A stretch of 64,000 bases of DNA from NCBI GenBank assembly GCA_963772365.1, contig CAVYXA010000001.1:1472001-1536000 (forward strand), read 5' to 3'. Each line of letters starts with the position of its first letter. The stretch's first letter is position 1. The notes under the pieces are model-generated. The model made no database searches. It was not told where the DNA came from and was given only the letters and a program-made list of their open reading frames with translations. Below, in pieces: positions 18,015 to 28,647 of the stretch. The translations under genes were made by a program, and so were the position numbers. Origin of the DNA: an uncultured Verrucomicrobiae bacterium (GTDB taxonomy: Bacteria; Verrucomicrobiota; Verrucomicrobiia; Chthoniobacterales; UBA10450).

Positions 18015-20489
18015 ATGCTGAGCGAAATCAAAGTGGCGCTGCGGGGCCTGGCGAAAAGTCCCGGGTTCACGGCGATCGCGATTGCAACGCTGGCCTTGGC
18101 GATTGGCGCAAACAGCGCTGTCTTCAGTTTGATCAATGCGTTGTTGGTTCGGCCGCTGCCCTATCAGCAACCGTCCCGAATCGCCGTAATCTGGGAACGC
18201 TTTGCCACACTGGGATTGGATCGGCTTCCGTGTTCGCCGCCGGAATATCTCGACCTGGAAAAAGAATTCCAAAGCGGAAGCGGCCTCGCAGCATTCACGT
18301 TCGAGAGATTCAATCTCGGCGGCGGCGATGTTCCGGAGCGAATCTCGGGCGCGGTGGTAACGCCGTCGTTGTTTCCGCTCCTCGGAGTCGAACCGATTAA
18401 AGGCCGGACGTTTGCGCGCGAAGAGCAGGGAATCGGTCGCGACGATGTGATCGTGATCAGCGAACGGCTTTGGAAACGTCGTTTTAATTCTGATCCCACC
18501 CTCATCGGGAAGAGGCTTCTGTTGAACGGCCGCAGCTACGCTGTGATCGGGATCATGCCGGCACGATTCGAGTTTCCGATTCCATTGTTCGGGCTGAAGG
18601 GAAATCAATTCGCCGAACGGGCGGACATTTGGAAACCGATCGCGTTTACGCCGCTCGAGTTGAAGGAACGCTATTCGCGGAGCTACGGATTAATTACGCG
18701 ATTGCGCCCGGGGGTGTCGATTGCTCAGGCTCAATCTGAGCTGGACACAATCATTTCCCGCTGGATCCAAAGCCATCGCGCTAATTACACGGGAGGCTTT
18801 GGTGCGCGAATTTATCCGCTGCGCGACCAGGTCGTTGGTGGAATGCGAACTGGTCTGGCGATTTTATTCGGCGCAGTGGTTCTTGTTCTGCTGATCGCAT
18901 GCGCAAATCTCGCGACGATGTCGCTGGCGCGCGCGAGTGCACGCGAACGCGAGCTCGCCATTCGAGTTGCCCTGGGAGCAGGATGGTGGCGATTGCTCCG
19001 GCAAATGCTGATCGAAAGCGTGTTGCTCGCTCTTGCCGGTGCCGCCGGCGGTATCTTTCTCTCGGTTTGGGGACTTGAATTTCTCAAACAGATCGGTGCG
19101 CGCACGGTTCCGAGACTCGCCGAAGTAAATGTCGATCTTTTGGTTGTAATCGTGACCGCGGTCGTTTCGGTTGGAACCGGAATTTTGTTTGGATTGATTC
19201 CGGCGTTCGCGACCGCCAAACCCGAACTGACTGAGACACTCAAGGAAGGCAGCCGTTCTTCAACGACCGGTGCGCGCCGAAATCAGGTGCGCAATTCGCT
19301 CGTGGTCGCGGAGATTGCGCTCGCGTTAGTCCTGCTCGTTGGCGCTGGACTGCTGCTAAAAAGTTATGCGCGCGTGCAGAACATCGATCCTGGATTCGAT
19401 CGTCGAAATGTGCTGACGGCGGAGCTGAACCTGTCGGAGACAAAATACCCGCAGCGCGGCAGCGTCGATTACAACAACGGCGCGGCCATGATCAACTTTT
19501 GGAACGAAGGACTCCGCCGAATCCAGCAATTGCCGGGAGTGGAAGGTGCCGCTTACACGGTCATTCTTCCATTGAGTGGATCGAACTCCGATTCATCATT
19601 TTCGATCGAAGGGCAGGTGTTGGGCAAAAACGAACCCGGCCCCGATGAAGAGATCCGCGTCATCTCGCCGGATTACTTTCGCGTATTGAAAACGCCGCTG
19701 TTTCGGGGCCGGTTCTTCCTCGATTCGGACAACGCGGACGCGCCCAAGGTTGCGATCATCAACGACGCGTTGGCGAAAAAGTATTGGCCGAATGAAGAAG
19801 CGCTCGGGAAACGAATCACGTTTAACGACCCACAAAAGAATCCGACGTGGCTCACCATTGTCGGAATCGTCAAAAGTATTCGGCACCGAGGCCTCGATGT
19901 CGATCCTGCGCCGGAATATTACCTGCCGCTTACGCAGCGCGCCGAGGGAACCATGATCCTGACGCTTCGCAGCGCGCAGGATCCCCGCAGTTTAACCTCC
20001 GCGATTCGCCGCGAAATCCAATCGATCGACCCCGACCAACCGATCGCGAACGTGCGCACACTGGAAGCAGTCACCGCCGAGTCGGTTGCTCCGCGCCGGA
20101 TGTCGATGGTGTTGCTCGGCGCGTTTGCGGGCATCGCGTTGCTGTTGGCGAGCGTCGGGATTTACGGAGTGATTTCGTATTTGGTGGTGCAGCGCACGCA
20201 CGAGATCGGCGTGCGAATGGCACTCGGCGCGCAACGCCGCGATGTTTTATGTCTCGTCGTCGGTCACGCAGCTAAACTCGTTGGGATCGGCAGCGTGATC
20301 GGATTGATTCTGGCGTTTTTGTCAACGCGCACGCTTTCGGCGTTGCTTTACAGTGTCGGGGCATTCGACCTTGGCACTTTTCTTTTCGCAACGATCGCGC
20401 TCGGAGCAGTCGCTTTGCTCGCCAGTTACATGCCCGCGCTTCGCGCAACCCGCGCTGATCCGATGATCGCGCTCAGCCATAACGCATGA
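18015..20489 (+). CDS. ABC transporter permease (MacB-like duplicated / ADOP type) 1
   Basis: LALAIGANSAVFS, LLIACANLA, RELAIRVALGA, GIYGVISY..QRTHEIGVRMALGA, ALRATRADPM. Confidence 0.92.
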   Translation: MLSEIKVALRGLAKSPGFTAIAIATLALAIGANSAVFSLINALLVRPLPYQQPSRIAVIWERFATLGLDRLPCSPPEYLDLEKEFQSGSGLAAFTFERFNLGGGDVPERISGAVVTPSLFPLLGVEPIKGRTFAREEQGIGRDDVIVISERLWKRRFNSDPTLIGKRLLLNGRSYAVIGIMPARFEFPIPLFGLKGNQFAERADIWKPIAFTPLELKERYSRSYGLITRLRPGVSIAQAQSELDTIISRWIQSHRANYTGGFGARIYPLRDQVVGGMRTGLAILFGAVVLVLLIACANLATMSLARASARERELAIRVALGAGWWRLLRQMLIESVLLALAGAAGGIFLSVWGLEFLKQIGARTVPRLAEVNVDLLVVIVTAVVSVGTGILFGLIPAFATAKPELTETLKEGSRSSTTGARRNQVRNSLVVAEIALALVLLVGAGLLLKSYARVQNIDPGFDRRNVLTAELNLSETKYPQRGSVDYNNGAAMINFWNEGLRRIQQLPGVEGAAYTVILPLSGSNSDSSFSIEGQVLGKNEPGPDEEIRVISPDYFRVLKTPLFRGRFFLDSDNADAPKVAIINDALAKKYWPNEEALGKRITFNDPQKNPTWLTIVGIVKSIRHRGLDVDPAPEYYLPLTQRAEGTMILTLRSAQDPRSLTSAIRREIQSIDPDQPIANVRTLEAVTAESVAPRRMSMVLLGAFAGIALLLASVGIYGVISYLVVQRTHEIGVRMALGAQRRDVLCLVVGHAAKLVGIGSVIGLILAFLSTRTLSALLYSVGAFDLGTFLFATIALGAVALLASYMPALRATRADPMIALSHNA

Positions 20490-21164
20490 TCGCTCTCCGA
20501 AACCTCGAACGCCAGCCATCCGCTATCGCACGGCAAGTTCTTCTATGTTCTGCGCGATATCGGCATCCACGTTGCCGAGGGAGAATTCGTTTCGGTGATG
20601 GGTCCTTCGGGCGCCGGAAAGTCGACACTCCTTCACATTCTGGGAATGCACGATCACAGCTGGACCGGCGAATATTTCTTCAACGATACCGCAGTTCATC
20701 ATTTGAAAGCCAAAGAACGCGCCGCGCTTCGTAACGACAATATCGGATTTGTTTTCCAACAATATCATCTGCTCGATGATCTGACCGTCTATGAGAATCT
20801 CGAGATTCCCCTCTCCTATCGCAAAGTAAGCAGAGCGGAACGCGCCGCGATCGTGGCCGACGCGCTCGATCGTTTCCAAATGGTAGCCAAGAAGGATCTG
20901 TATCCACGGCAATTGTCCGGCGGCCAGCAACAACTTGTGGGCGTGGCGCGGGCGATCATCGGCAATCCGAAATTGATTCTAGCAGATGAACCAACCGGCA
21001 ATCTTCACTCGAGCCAGGGTGAAGAGATCATGGAGCTATTTCGAAAACTGAATGCCGAGGGCACGACCATCATTCAAGTCACACATTCGGAAAAAAATGC
21101 CGCTTACGGCAACCGCATCATTCAGCTGCGTGACGGTTGGGTGATCGAGCCAAACACAAAGTAA
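20486..21164 (+). CDS. ABC transporter ATP-binding protein 2; frameshift near 20512
   Basis: MIALRNLER(fs)[37 protein letters not shown]...LSGGQQQ...DEPTGNL. Confidence 0.88.
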
Positions 21165-21168
21165 CCAT

Positions 21169-23673
21169 ATGATTCTCGATTCATTTCGTCAGGATGTACG
21201 CGTCGGGCTACGTGTGTTGTTCAAGGACAAATCCTTTTGTTTCCTGGCGGTGCTGGTACTGGCTCTCGGCATCGGTGGTGCGACGACCCAATTCACTGTG
21301 GTTAACGCGATCGTCCTCCGTGGCTTTTCATTTCCGCATCCCGAGCAATTAGCGAGCGTCGGGCTGATCGATCCGAAGGCTACCGACCAGAACAACAACT
21401 TCGGCATTGGCCAAATTCCTTCCGCGCAGGATTACGAAGATCTCAAGGCGGCGCAAAAATCATTCTCGCTCATGGCGGGTTATCTCAGTGGATCGACAAT
21501 CAACCTCACTTACAGGAACAATCCGCAACGTTATACGGGTGGATATGTCACCGAGGATCTTTTCAAAATCGTAGGAGTATCGCCGGCGCTTGGCCGCGAT
21601 TTTACCGCCGAAGACAATAAACCGGGCGCGGAGAAAACGGTCATTTTGGGCGACGAAATCTGGCGGCGCGATTTTGGCGCGGATCCAAACATCATTGGTC
21701 AAGGCGTTCGGGTGAATGGCAAAGCCGCAACCATCATCGGCGTTATGCCTGCGGGTTTTAAATTCCCGTTCTCAGAAGAACTGTGGACACCTTTATATAA
21801 TGAATTTCCGCCCACGCCGCGCGGAGACTTGCGGCTCGGGGCGAACAATAACGCGCCTGCCGTTATCGGTCGCCTCAAAGCCGGTGTCACTCTCGATCAA
21901 GTAAACGCTGAGTTCGTCACACTTGCCCGACGTCTGGCTGAAGAAAATCCGAAGACGAACCAGAATTTTACGTCGGCAAGCGTGCAGCCGTTGCTCTATG
22001 CATTTACTCCCGTGCAACTGCGCCAAACGATTTGGGCAATGCTCGGAGCGGTCATCCTCGTTTTGCTGATCGCATGCGTGAATGTCATGAACATGCAATT
22101 CGGCCGGGCCGCACTGCGGGCCAAGGAACTTGCGATTCGTGGCGCACTGGGGGCGACACGCTGGAGGATCGTTAGGCAAATGTTGACGGAGAGTCTGGTC
22201 GTCGCGGTCTTTGGCGGAGTCGCTGGCATCCTGCTCGCGTTTTGGGGGATTGATATGCTGGTGAGAGCGTTTAGTGCGTCACCGTTTCCCTTGCCTTACT
22301 GGTGGCAATTCACAATCGATGCGCGAGTTCTCGCGTTCACCCTCGTGATTACGCTCGTGGCGACGGTTGTTTCCGGTTTGGTTCCGGCCTTTCTCAGCGC
22401 CCGCGGCAACGCGGCTGAGATCATGAAAGAAGGTGGTCGAGGCAACAGCAGCCGCCTTGTAAACATCATCACGCGCGTACTAGTCGTGGGACAGATCGCC
22501 TTAACCGCCGCGCTTTTGATCGCGGCTACTCTGCAGATCAAGTCGATCCGGAATCAGACCAAGTTGAACTACGGTTACGACGAGAACGCCGTTTATACCG
22601 CACGAATTGCCTTAATGGAAGGCGCATATCCCAACGAAGAAGCGCGGCGGCAATTTTTCATCCATGCGGTGCAGGCGTTACGAGCCGATCCGCACTTCGC
22701 AGCGGCCGCCATGAGCGATCGCTTTCGAATGACGTTCGCTCCAAGCGGTCAATATGAAGTCGATGGTCAGAATTACTTGACCGATCGCGACCGGCCTCGC
22801 GGCAATTTCGAATCTGTCTCCGACAATTACTTTTCCACGCTTGGTGTGAAGATGCTCGAAGGTCGTGACTTCACCGTCAATGACTCGGACACAAAGCAGC
22901 CAGTCGCGATCGTGAACGCGAGTTTTGCGCGAAAGTATTGGGGAAACCAGAGTCCCCTGGGCCATCAGGTTCGCATCTTTAATCCCGGCCAGCCACAACC
23001 GTGGCGAACCATTATCGGGGTGGCTCCGGACATGTTGATGCAGGGCCCCTTCGATCAACAAACAGAGGCCGCTGGTTTTTACATGCCGCTGCTGGGCGCA
23101 TCCCCCACCACGCAGTTTTGCACGATTATCGTTCGGCCGCGTGCCGGGCAGCGCGCAGAAACTCTCGGTCCCGCTCTGAGCAAAGCAGTCACTGAAGTCG
23201 ATTCCAATCTGCCGACCTATTTTCCCGGCACGCCAGCACAATTGCACACCGAAATTCTGAGCGGCCCTCGCATCATCGCGATGTTGTTCAGCATCTTTGG
23301 AATGGTTGCCTTCATTCTCTCAGCGGTTGGCCTTTATGGAGTCATGAGCTTTTCGGTTAACCAGCGAACGCAGGAATTCGGAATCCGCATGGCCCTGGGC
23401 GCCGACGCTGCGCGCATTTTCCGAATGGTTATGCAACAAGGGGCGTGGCAGCTCGGGATTGGACTCGTTCTCGGTGTCGGTGGCGCCGCCTTGTTGCTCG
23501 GTGTGTTGGCTGCGGCTGCCTTGAAAAATATTTTGTTCCAGGTCAATGCGCTGGATCCAACGATTTATTTCCTCGTGGCGGGACTACTCGCGCTCGTCGC
23601 CGCAGTTTCCTGCTTCGTTCCCGCGCGTCGCGCCACCCGTGTCGATCCGATGGTCGCTCTTCGTTACGAATAA
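21169..23673 (+). CDS. ABC transporter permease (ADOP type) 2
   Basis: Same MacB_PCD/FtsX duplicated architecture; ends PARRATRVDPMVALRYE. Confidence 0.92.
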   Translation: MILDSFRQDVRVGLRVLFKDKSFCFLAVLVLALGIGGATTQFTVVNAIVLRGFSFPHPEQLASVGLIDPKATDQNNNFGIGQIPSAQDYEDLKAAQKSFSLMAGYLSGSTINLTYRNNPQRYTGGYVTEDLFKIVGVSPALGRDFTAEDNKPGAEKTVILGDEIWRRDFGADPNIIGQGVRVNGKAATIIGVMPAGFKFPFSEELWTPLYNEFPPTPRGDLRLGANNNAPAVIGRLKAGVTLDQVNAEFVTLARRLAEENPKTNQNFTSASVQPLLYAFTPVQLRQTIWAMLGAVILVLLIACVNVMNMQFGRAALRAKELAIRGALGATRWRIVRQMLTESLVVAVFGGVAGILLAFWGIDMLVRAFSASPFPLPYWWQFTIDARVLAFTLVITLVATVVSGLVPAFLSARGNAAEIMKEGGRGNSSRLVNIITRVLVVGQIALTAALLIAATLQIKSIRNQTKLNYGYDENAVYTARIALMEGAYPNEEARRQFFIHAVQALRADPHFAAAAMSDRFRMTFAPSGQYEVDGQNYLTDRDRPRGNFESVSDNYFSTLGVKMLEGRDFTVNDSDTKQPVAIVNASFARKYWGNQSPLGHQVRIFNPGQPQPWRTIIGVAPDMLMQGPFDQQTEAAGFYMPLLGASPTTQFCTIIVRPRAGQRAETLGPALSKAVTEVDSNLPTYFPGTPAQLHTEILSGPRIIAMLFSIFGMVAFILSAVGLYGVMSFSVNQRTQEFGIRMALGADAARIFRMVMQQGAWQLGIGLVLGVGGAALLLGVLAAAALKNILFQVNALDPTIYFLVAGLLALVAAVSCFVPARRATRVDPMVALRYE

Positions 23674-23682
23674 CCATCTCCC

Positions 23683-26133
23683 ATGTTAGACGATATCCGT
23701 TTCGCCTTCCGGCAGTTGATCAAGAATCCCGGGTTCACTCTGGTCGCGGTCCTGACGCTCGCGCTTGGCATTGGCGCGGGCACTGCCGTGTTCAGCGCGC
23801 TCAATGCGCTGTTTGTTCGTGCGCTTCCAATAGAGCAACCGGAAGCCGTGGTCTGCGGCTACGCGATGCGCGAAGGCCACGATCCTTATCTGACATCAGC
23901 GCTGGAGTACAACGCATATCGCGAACAAAGCCGTTCTTTTACCGTTACCGGAATTGCAACTCCCCGTTCATTTAATCTCGCTGGTGGGGGCGAACCCGAG
24001 CGCCTGCCTGGCGCAGCCGTAACGGTTGATTATCTAACGACTTTAGGCGTCAAACTATTTGCCGGACGAACTTTTCTGGAAGACGAGGATCGGCCCGGCG
24101 GGCCGACGGTTGCGCTGATTAGTTATGAGCTCTGGCAACGCCGGTTCGGTGGTGATCCAAAATTAGTTGGGCGATCGCTGACGCTGGATGATGGCAGCTA
24201 CACTGTCATCGGCATTTTTCCGCCCGGATTTAATATGCCGTTTGCGGCCGACATCTGGGTTCCGCTCCAGAGTGACATCAACGCAGCTCCGCTCGATCAG
24301 CGGGCGCAGCCCGCTTACGACATGGTTGCGAGATTGAAGCCAGGCGTAATCCTTCGCGCCGCGGACGCAGAATTGAAGCACATCGCGGCACGTCTAGCCG
24401 TTGAGTATCCGCAATTCAGAAAAGGCTGGAGCTATAAGCTCATTTCGCTGCGGCAAAACTTGATGGGCGACTTCGAAGGCGGCACCAGGAAGGGACTCTT
24501 CGCGTTGGTGGCCGCCGTCGCATTTCTATTGCTGATATGTTGCGCGAACCTGGCAAATCTTTTGCTTGCACGAGGCGTCGCGCGCGAAGGCGAAATCAGC
24601 ATCCGTTTCGCATTGGGCGCGGGACGTGCCCGGATCGTTCGTCAACTGCTCACCGAAAGTTTGCTTATCGCTTTGCTCGGCGGCGCGGCTGGTACGCTGC
24701 TGGCGGGATGGGTCGTTCCGCTGCTCGGCAAATTAAGTCCAGTTAAGGTTGTCTCGCTGGCGAGTTTTTTGCGCGACTTCCGAATCGATTCCCGCGTTCT
24801 TGCTTTTTCCTTCCTGCTCTCGCTCCTGACTGCGGCGATCTTTGGTTCGATTCCCGCAATTAAATTGATGCGGTCACGTCACCTAATCACGGTGATCAAA
24901 CAGAAAGAGCAACGCGTGGGCGGAGCATCGGGTGGACGACTACTGGACATTCTGGTCACCGCGGAGATAGCGATGGCGGCAACGTTGCTCGTAGCCGGAG
25001 GTTTGATCGTGCAAAGTTTTCAAAGCCTCCAACGTATTACATTAGGTTTTCGCCCGGATAACTTGCTGATGGTCGAGATGCAGCTGCCGCCCAGCAAGTA
25101 TCGTGACCAGAGCGCGCGCGTCGCATTCGCGAAGCAGTTGCTCGAGCGAGTCAGGGCCCTGCCTGGCATCGACTCGGTAGGAACGACAACAAACTTTCCA
25201 TTACAACTGTACGACGCTGCATCCAGTTTTACGGTCGAAGGCGCGCCCGCGACAACTGCCGGTTTAGCGCCAATGACGGTGCACCGTCTGGTTAGTCCTG
25301 GATATCTCAAAACGATTGGGGCCGCACTCTTACGGGGCCGCGACCTTAGCGAACAGGACACGGCGCAAAGTTTACCGGTCGTTGTTGTCAGTGAAGAATT
25401 GGCACGACAAGCCTGGCCAAACCAGGATCCAATCGGCAAACGGATCAGACGCGGCCGCGCAGACGAGACAAATAATCCGTGGCTGACTGTTATTGGAGTA
25501 GTCGCGAACATCAAAGAGGATCGGTTCAACTTTCGGGCGGACAGGGCAGTGTGGTACCTGTCTTATGCTCAGGAGATTAATCGGCCGTTAATCGGCCCGT
25601 TGATCCTGGCAGTGCGAACAGAAGGCGATCCCGCGAATTTCACCGGCGCGATTCGCGGTGCGATTCACGCTGTCGATCCAAATCAGGCGATCTCAAGTGT
25701 GACAATAATGAAGGCATACTTGGCGGAGGTGTTAATGAGAGAACGCTTCAACGCGCTTCTCATGGGAACACTCGCCATGCTCGGATTAGTATTGGCCGCA
25801 CTGGGTCTTTATGGAGTCATGGCATATTCGGTCGCCCGACGGACCGGTGAAATTGGACTGCGCATGGCGCTCGGCGCGGCCTCGCGCGATGTTTTTCGTC
25901 TGGTTCTCGGTCATGCTTTCGCGTTGATCGGGTGCGGTTTGGTGATCGGATTGCTCGGCGCGTTCGGCATAACGCGAGGCTTGTCAGCAACGCTCTACCA
26001 AATCAGTCCGACCGACCCCGCTACGTTTACGGTAGTTGCAGTACTGCTGGCCAGCGTGGCACTACTGGCGTGCTATTTGCCAGCCCGCCGCGCTACGCGG
26101 GTCGATCCGATCATCGCGCTACGAACCGAATGA
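23683..26133 (+). CDS. ABC transporter permease (ADOP type) 3
   Basis: DIRFAFRQLIKNPGFT...PARRATRVDPIIALRTE. Confidence 0.92.
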   Translation: MLDDIRFAFRQLIKNPGFTLVAVLTLALGIGAGTAVFSALNALFVRALPIEQPEAVVCGYAMREGHDPYLTSALEYNAYREQSRSFTVTGIATPRSFNLAGGGEPERLPGAAVTVDYLTTLGVKLFAGRTFLEDEDRPGGPTVALISYELWQRRFGGDPKLVGRSLTLDDGSYTVIGIFPPGFNMPFAADIWVPLQSDINAAPLDQRAQPAYDMVARLKPGVILRAADAELKHIAARLAVEYPQFRKGWSYKLISLRQNLMGDFEGGTRKGLFALVAAVAFLLLICCANLANLLLARGVAREGEISIRFALGAGRARIVRQLLTESLLIALLGGAAGTLLAGWVVPLLGKLSPVKVVSLASFLRDFRIDSRVLAFSFLLSLLTAAIFGSIPAIKLMRSRHLITVIKQKEQRVGGASGGRLLDILVTAEIAMAATLLVAGGLIVQSFQSLQRITLGFRPDNLLMVEMQLPPSKYRDQSARVAFAKQLLERVRALPGIDSVGTTTNFPLQLYDAASSFTVEGAPATTAGLAPMTVHRLVSPGYLKTIGAALLRGRDLSEQDTAQSLPVVVVSEELARQAWPNQDPIGKRIRRGRADETNNPWLTVIGVVANIKEDRFNFRADRAVWYLSYAQEINRPLIGPLILAVRTEGDPANFTGAIRGAIHAVDPNQAISSVTIMKAYLAEVLMRERFNALLMGTLAMLGLVLAALGLYGVMAYSVARRTGEIGLRMALGAASRDVFRLVLGHAFALIGCGLVIGLLGAFGITRGLSATLYQISPTDPATFTVVAVLLASVALLACYLPARRATRVDPIIALRTE

Positions 26134-26155
26134 ACCAGATGGCCGAATCACCTCC

Positions 26156-28613
26156 ATGTTAAACGACATTCGTTTCGCCCTTCGCCAGCTCCGCAAATCA
26201 CCGGGGTTCACCTTGATTGCCGTGCTGACTCTTGCGCTCGGGATCGGCGCCAACACTGCGATCTTTAGCGTCGTGAACGCCGTATTGCTGCGACCGCTAC
26301 CCTATCCCGACGCAAACAAACTCATCGCGATTCGCGAGCGCTCTCATACGTTTGAGCGCGGTTCAGTCGGTTACAAGAACTGGCTCGACTGGCATGCTGG
26401 CCAGCGCAGCTTCACCGACCTTGTGCTGGTCCGGCGCGAGAACTTTAATTTTTCCGTTGGATCAGAAGCCGCAGCGCCGCAGCGCATTCGTGGAGTTCGG
26501 GCAAGCTCGGGGCTTCTTTCGACGCTTGGTCTCAAGCCCAAGATCGGCCGCGATCTTAGCCCGGCCGAAGATGTCGATGGCGCGCCGAATGTGGTCCTGA
26601 TCAGTGAAAGTCTCTGGCGCAGCAATTTTGGCGGATCAACCGACGTGCTCGGAAAACGCGTTTTGATTGACGGACTTGAGCGCGAGATCATCGGCGTTTT
26701 CCCTCGCTCACTGCAGTTCGGCCGCAATCCTGACGTGCTCGTTCCTCTCAGCGAGATCGTGAAAGACCCTCTCATGCAGGACCGTGACAATCATCAAGGT
26801 TTCTGGGGAATCGGACGCTTGAAACCTGGCGTGACAATAAGTCAGGCAAATAGCGACCTGGATGCGATTGCCGCGGATTTAGAAAAAAAATATCCGGCGA
26901 CGAATACGGGGCGTCGCGTCCACATGTTTCCACTGTTCGAAGCGACGATTGGAGATTACCGGGCCAGCTTAAATATGTTACTGGCGGCAGTTGCGTGCGT
27001 GTTGCTCATTGCCTGTGCGAATGTGGCAAATCTGCAGTTCGCACGTGCTCTTGCTCGCGCCCGGGAGATCGCCGTGCGTGTCGCGCTCGGAGCAAGCCGC
27101 TGGGCAATTGCGCGACAACTTCTCATTGAAAGCACACTCGTGGCTGTGATCGGCGCTTGCGCCGGAACTTTGCTGGCCACTTGGAGTTTGGACACGATCC
27201 TCGCTCTGACTCCCCCCACGGTACCACGATTTCACGAAACCAGGATCGACCTCAGTGTTCTCGTGTTCACGATGTTTTCGGCAGCGCTTGCCGGAATTCT
27301 CGTGGGCCTCTGGCCGGCTTGGCGAATCTCGCATACCACATCGCTCGCGGGCGCTTTGCACGAAATAGGCGGCCGCGGCTCGAGTGATGGTGCGGGCCGC
27401 CAACGCATGCGGTCCGGCCTCGTTGTCACACAGGTTGCGCTCGCGATTGTCTTACTTGCCGGAGCTGGCCTGACTCTGAAGAGTTTTTGGAATGCACAGA
27501 ACGCACCGCTCGGCTTCAATCCGCACGGGATCGTGACTTTTCCAATCTCTCTGCCTGAGGCGAAGTCACAAAAAAGACGAACAAAAAGACGCGTTCTGGA
27601 CGGCTCTGCTCGAACGCGTGAAGCATATTCCCGGGGTCGAAGCGGCGGCGATCAGCGCCAACAGCCCATTCGATGACGATGAATGGGACAGTTATTTTCA
27701 CGTCACAGGGACACCACCGGCACCCTTGGGAGAATCGCCTTCGGCTGAGGTGGCGCTGGTTTCGCCGGATTACTTCAAAGTGATGGGGATGCCGATTTTG
27801 CGCGGGCGCAATTTCGGTCCCGAAGATCCGCCGGGAGAAAAAGGACATCCCCGCTCCATCATAATCGACGAGACATTTGCGAAAAAATACTTCGCCGGGA
27901 AGGACCCGATCGGTCAACACATCGACGACAACCAAACTAACGACAAGGCAGCGCCACCAATGGTGATTATTGGGGTGGTGCCGCGAACGCGCAACGAAGC
28001 TCCGGGCGAGAACAACACCGAAAAACTTCAGATGGTCGAGGAATACTTGCTGGCGTCGCAGGCTCCGCAGGGGGCGAATAATCTTCACGTGCGTACGGGC
28101 CTGCACGACATCGGTCCGCTTATTGCCGCTGTCCGTGCCGAAGTTAAGGGACTGGACCCCGATCAACCAATTGGGCAAATCACGACGATGGACGACGCGG
28201 TCGCGGCGAGTCTCGCCACCAGGCGATTAACGATGGTATTGCTAGCCACGTTTGCGGTTCTGGCGCTGGGCCTGGCAAGCATTGGTTTGTACGGCGTAAT
28301 GGCCCTCACCGTTACCCAACGCACTCGCGAGCTCGGAATCCGAATGGCGCTCGGCGCGGAACGGTCCAACATTTTTCGACTTGTTCTCCGACATGGCATG
28401 TCGCTGATGGCCGCTGGCATTGCCATTGGTCTCATTGGTGCAATCGCCGCTGGTCGCGCGCTGATGTCGCTACTTTATAATGTCGGCTCGCTCGACACTG
28501 GCGCGGTCGCTGTTGCCGTTTTGTCCCTGCTCGGTGTGGCTCTCATTGCCTGCTGCGTCCCCGCGCGCCGCGCAACTCGCGTCGATCCGATCCAAGCTTT
28601 GCGCGCCGAATGA
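26156..28613 (+). CDS. ABC transporter permease (ADOP type) 4; frameshift near 27570
   Basis: ORFs 26036-27676 and 27618-28613 are the two halves. Start MLNDIRFALRQL at 26156. Confidence 0.88.
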
Positions 28614-28647
28614 TTCCGAAAATCCAAAACCGCCAACTACCACCATC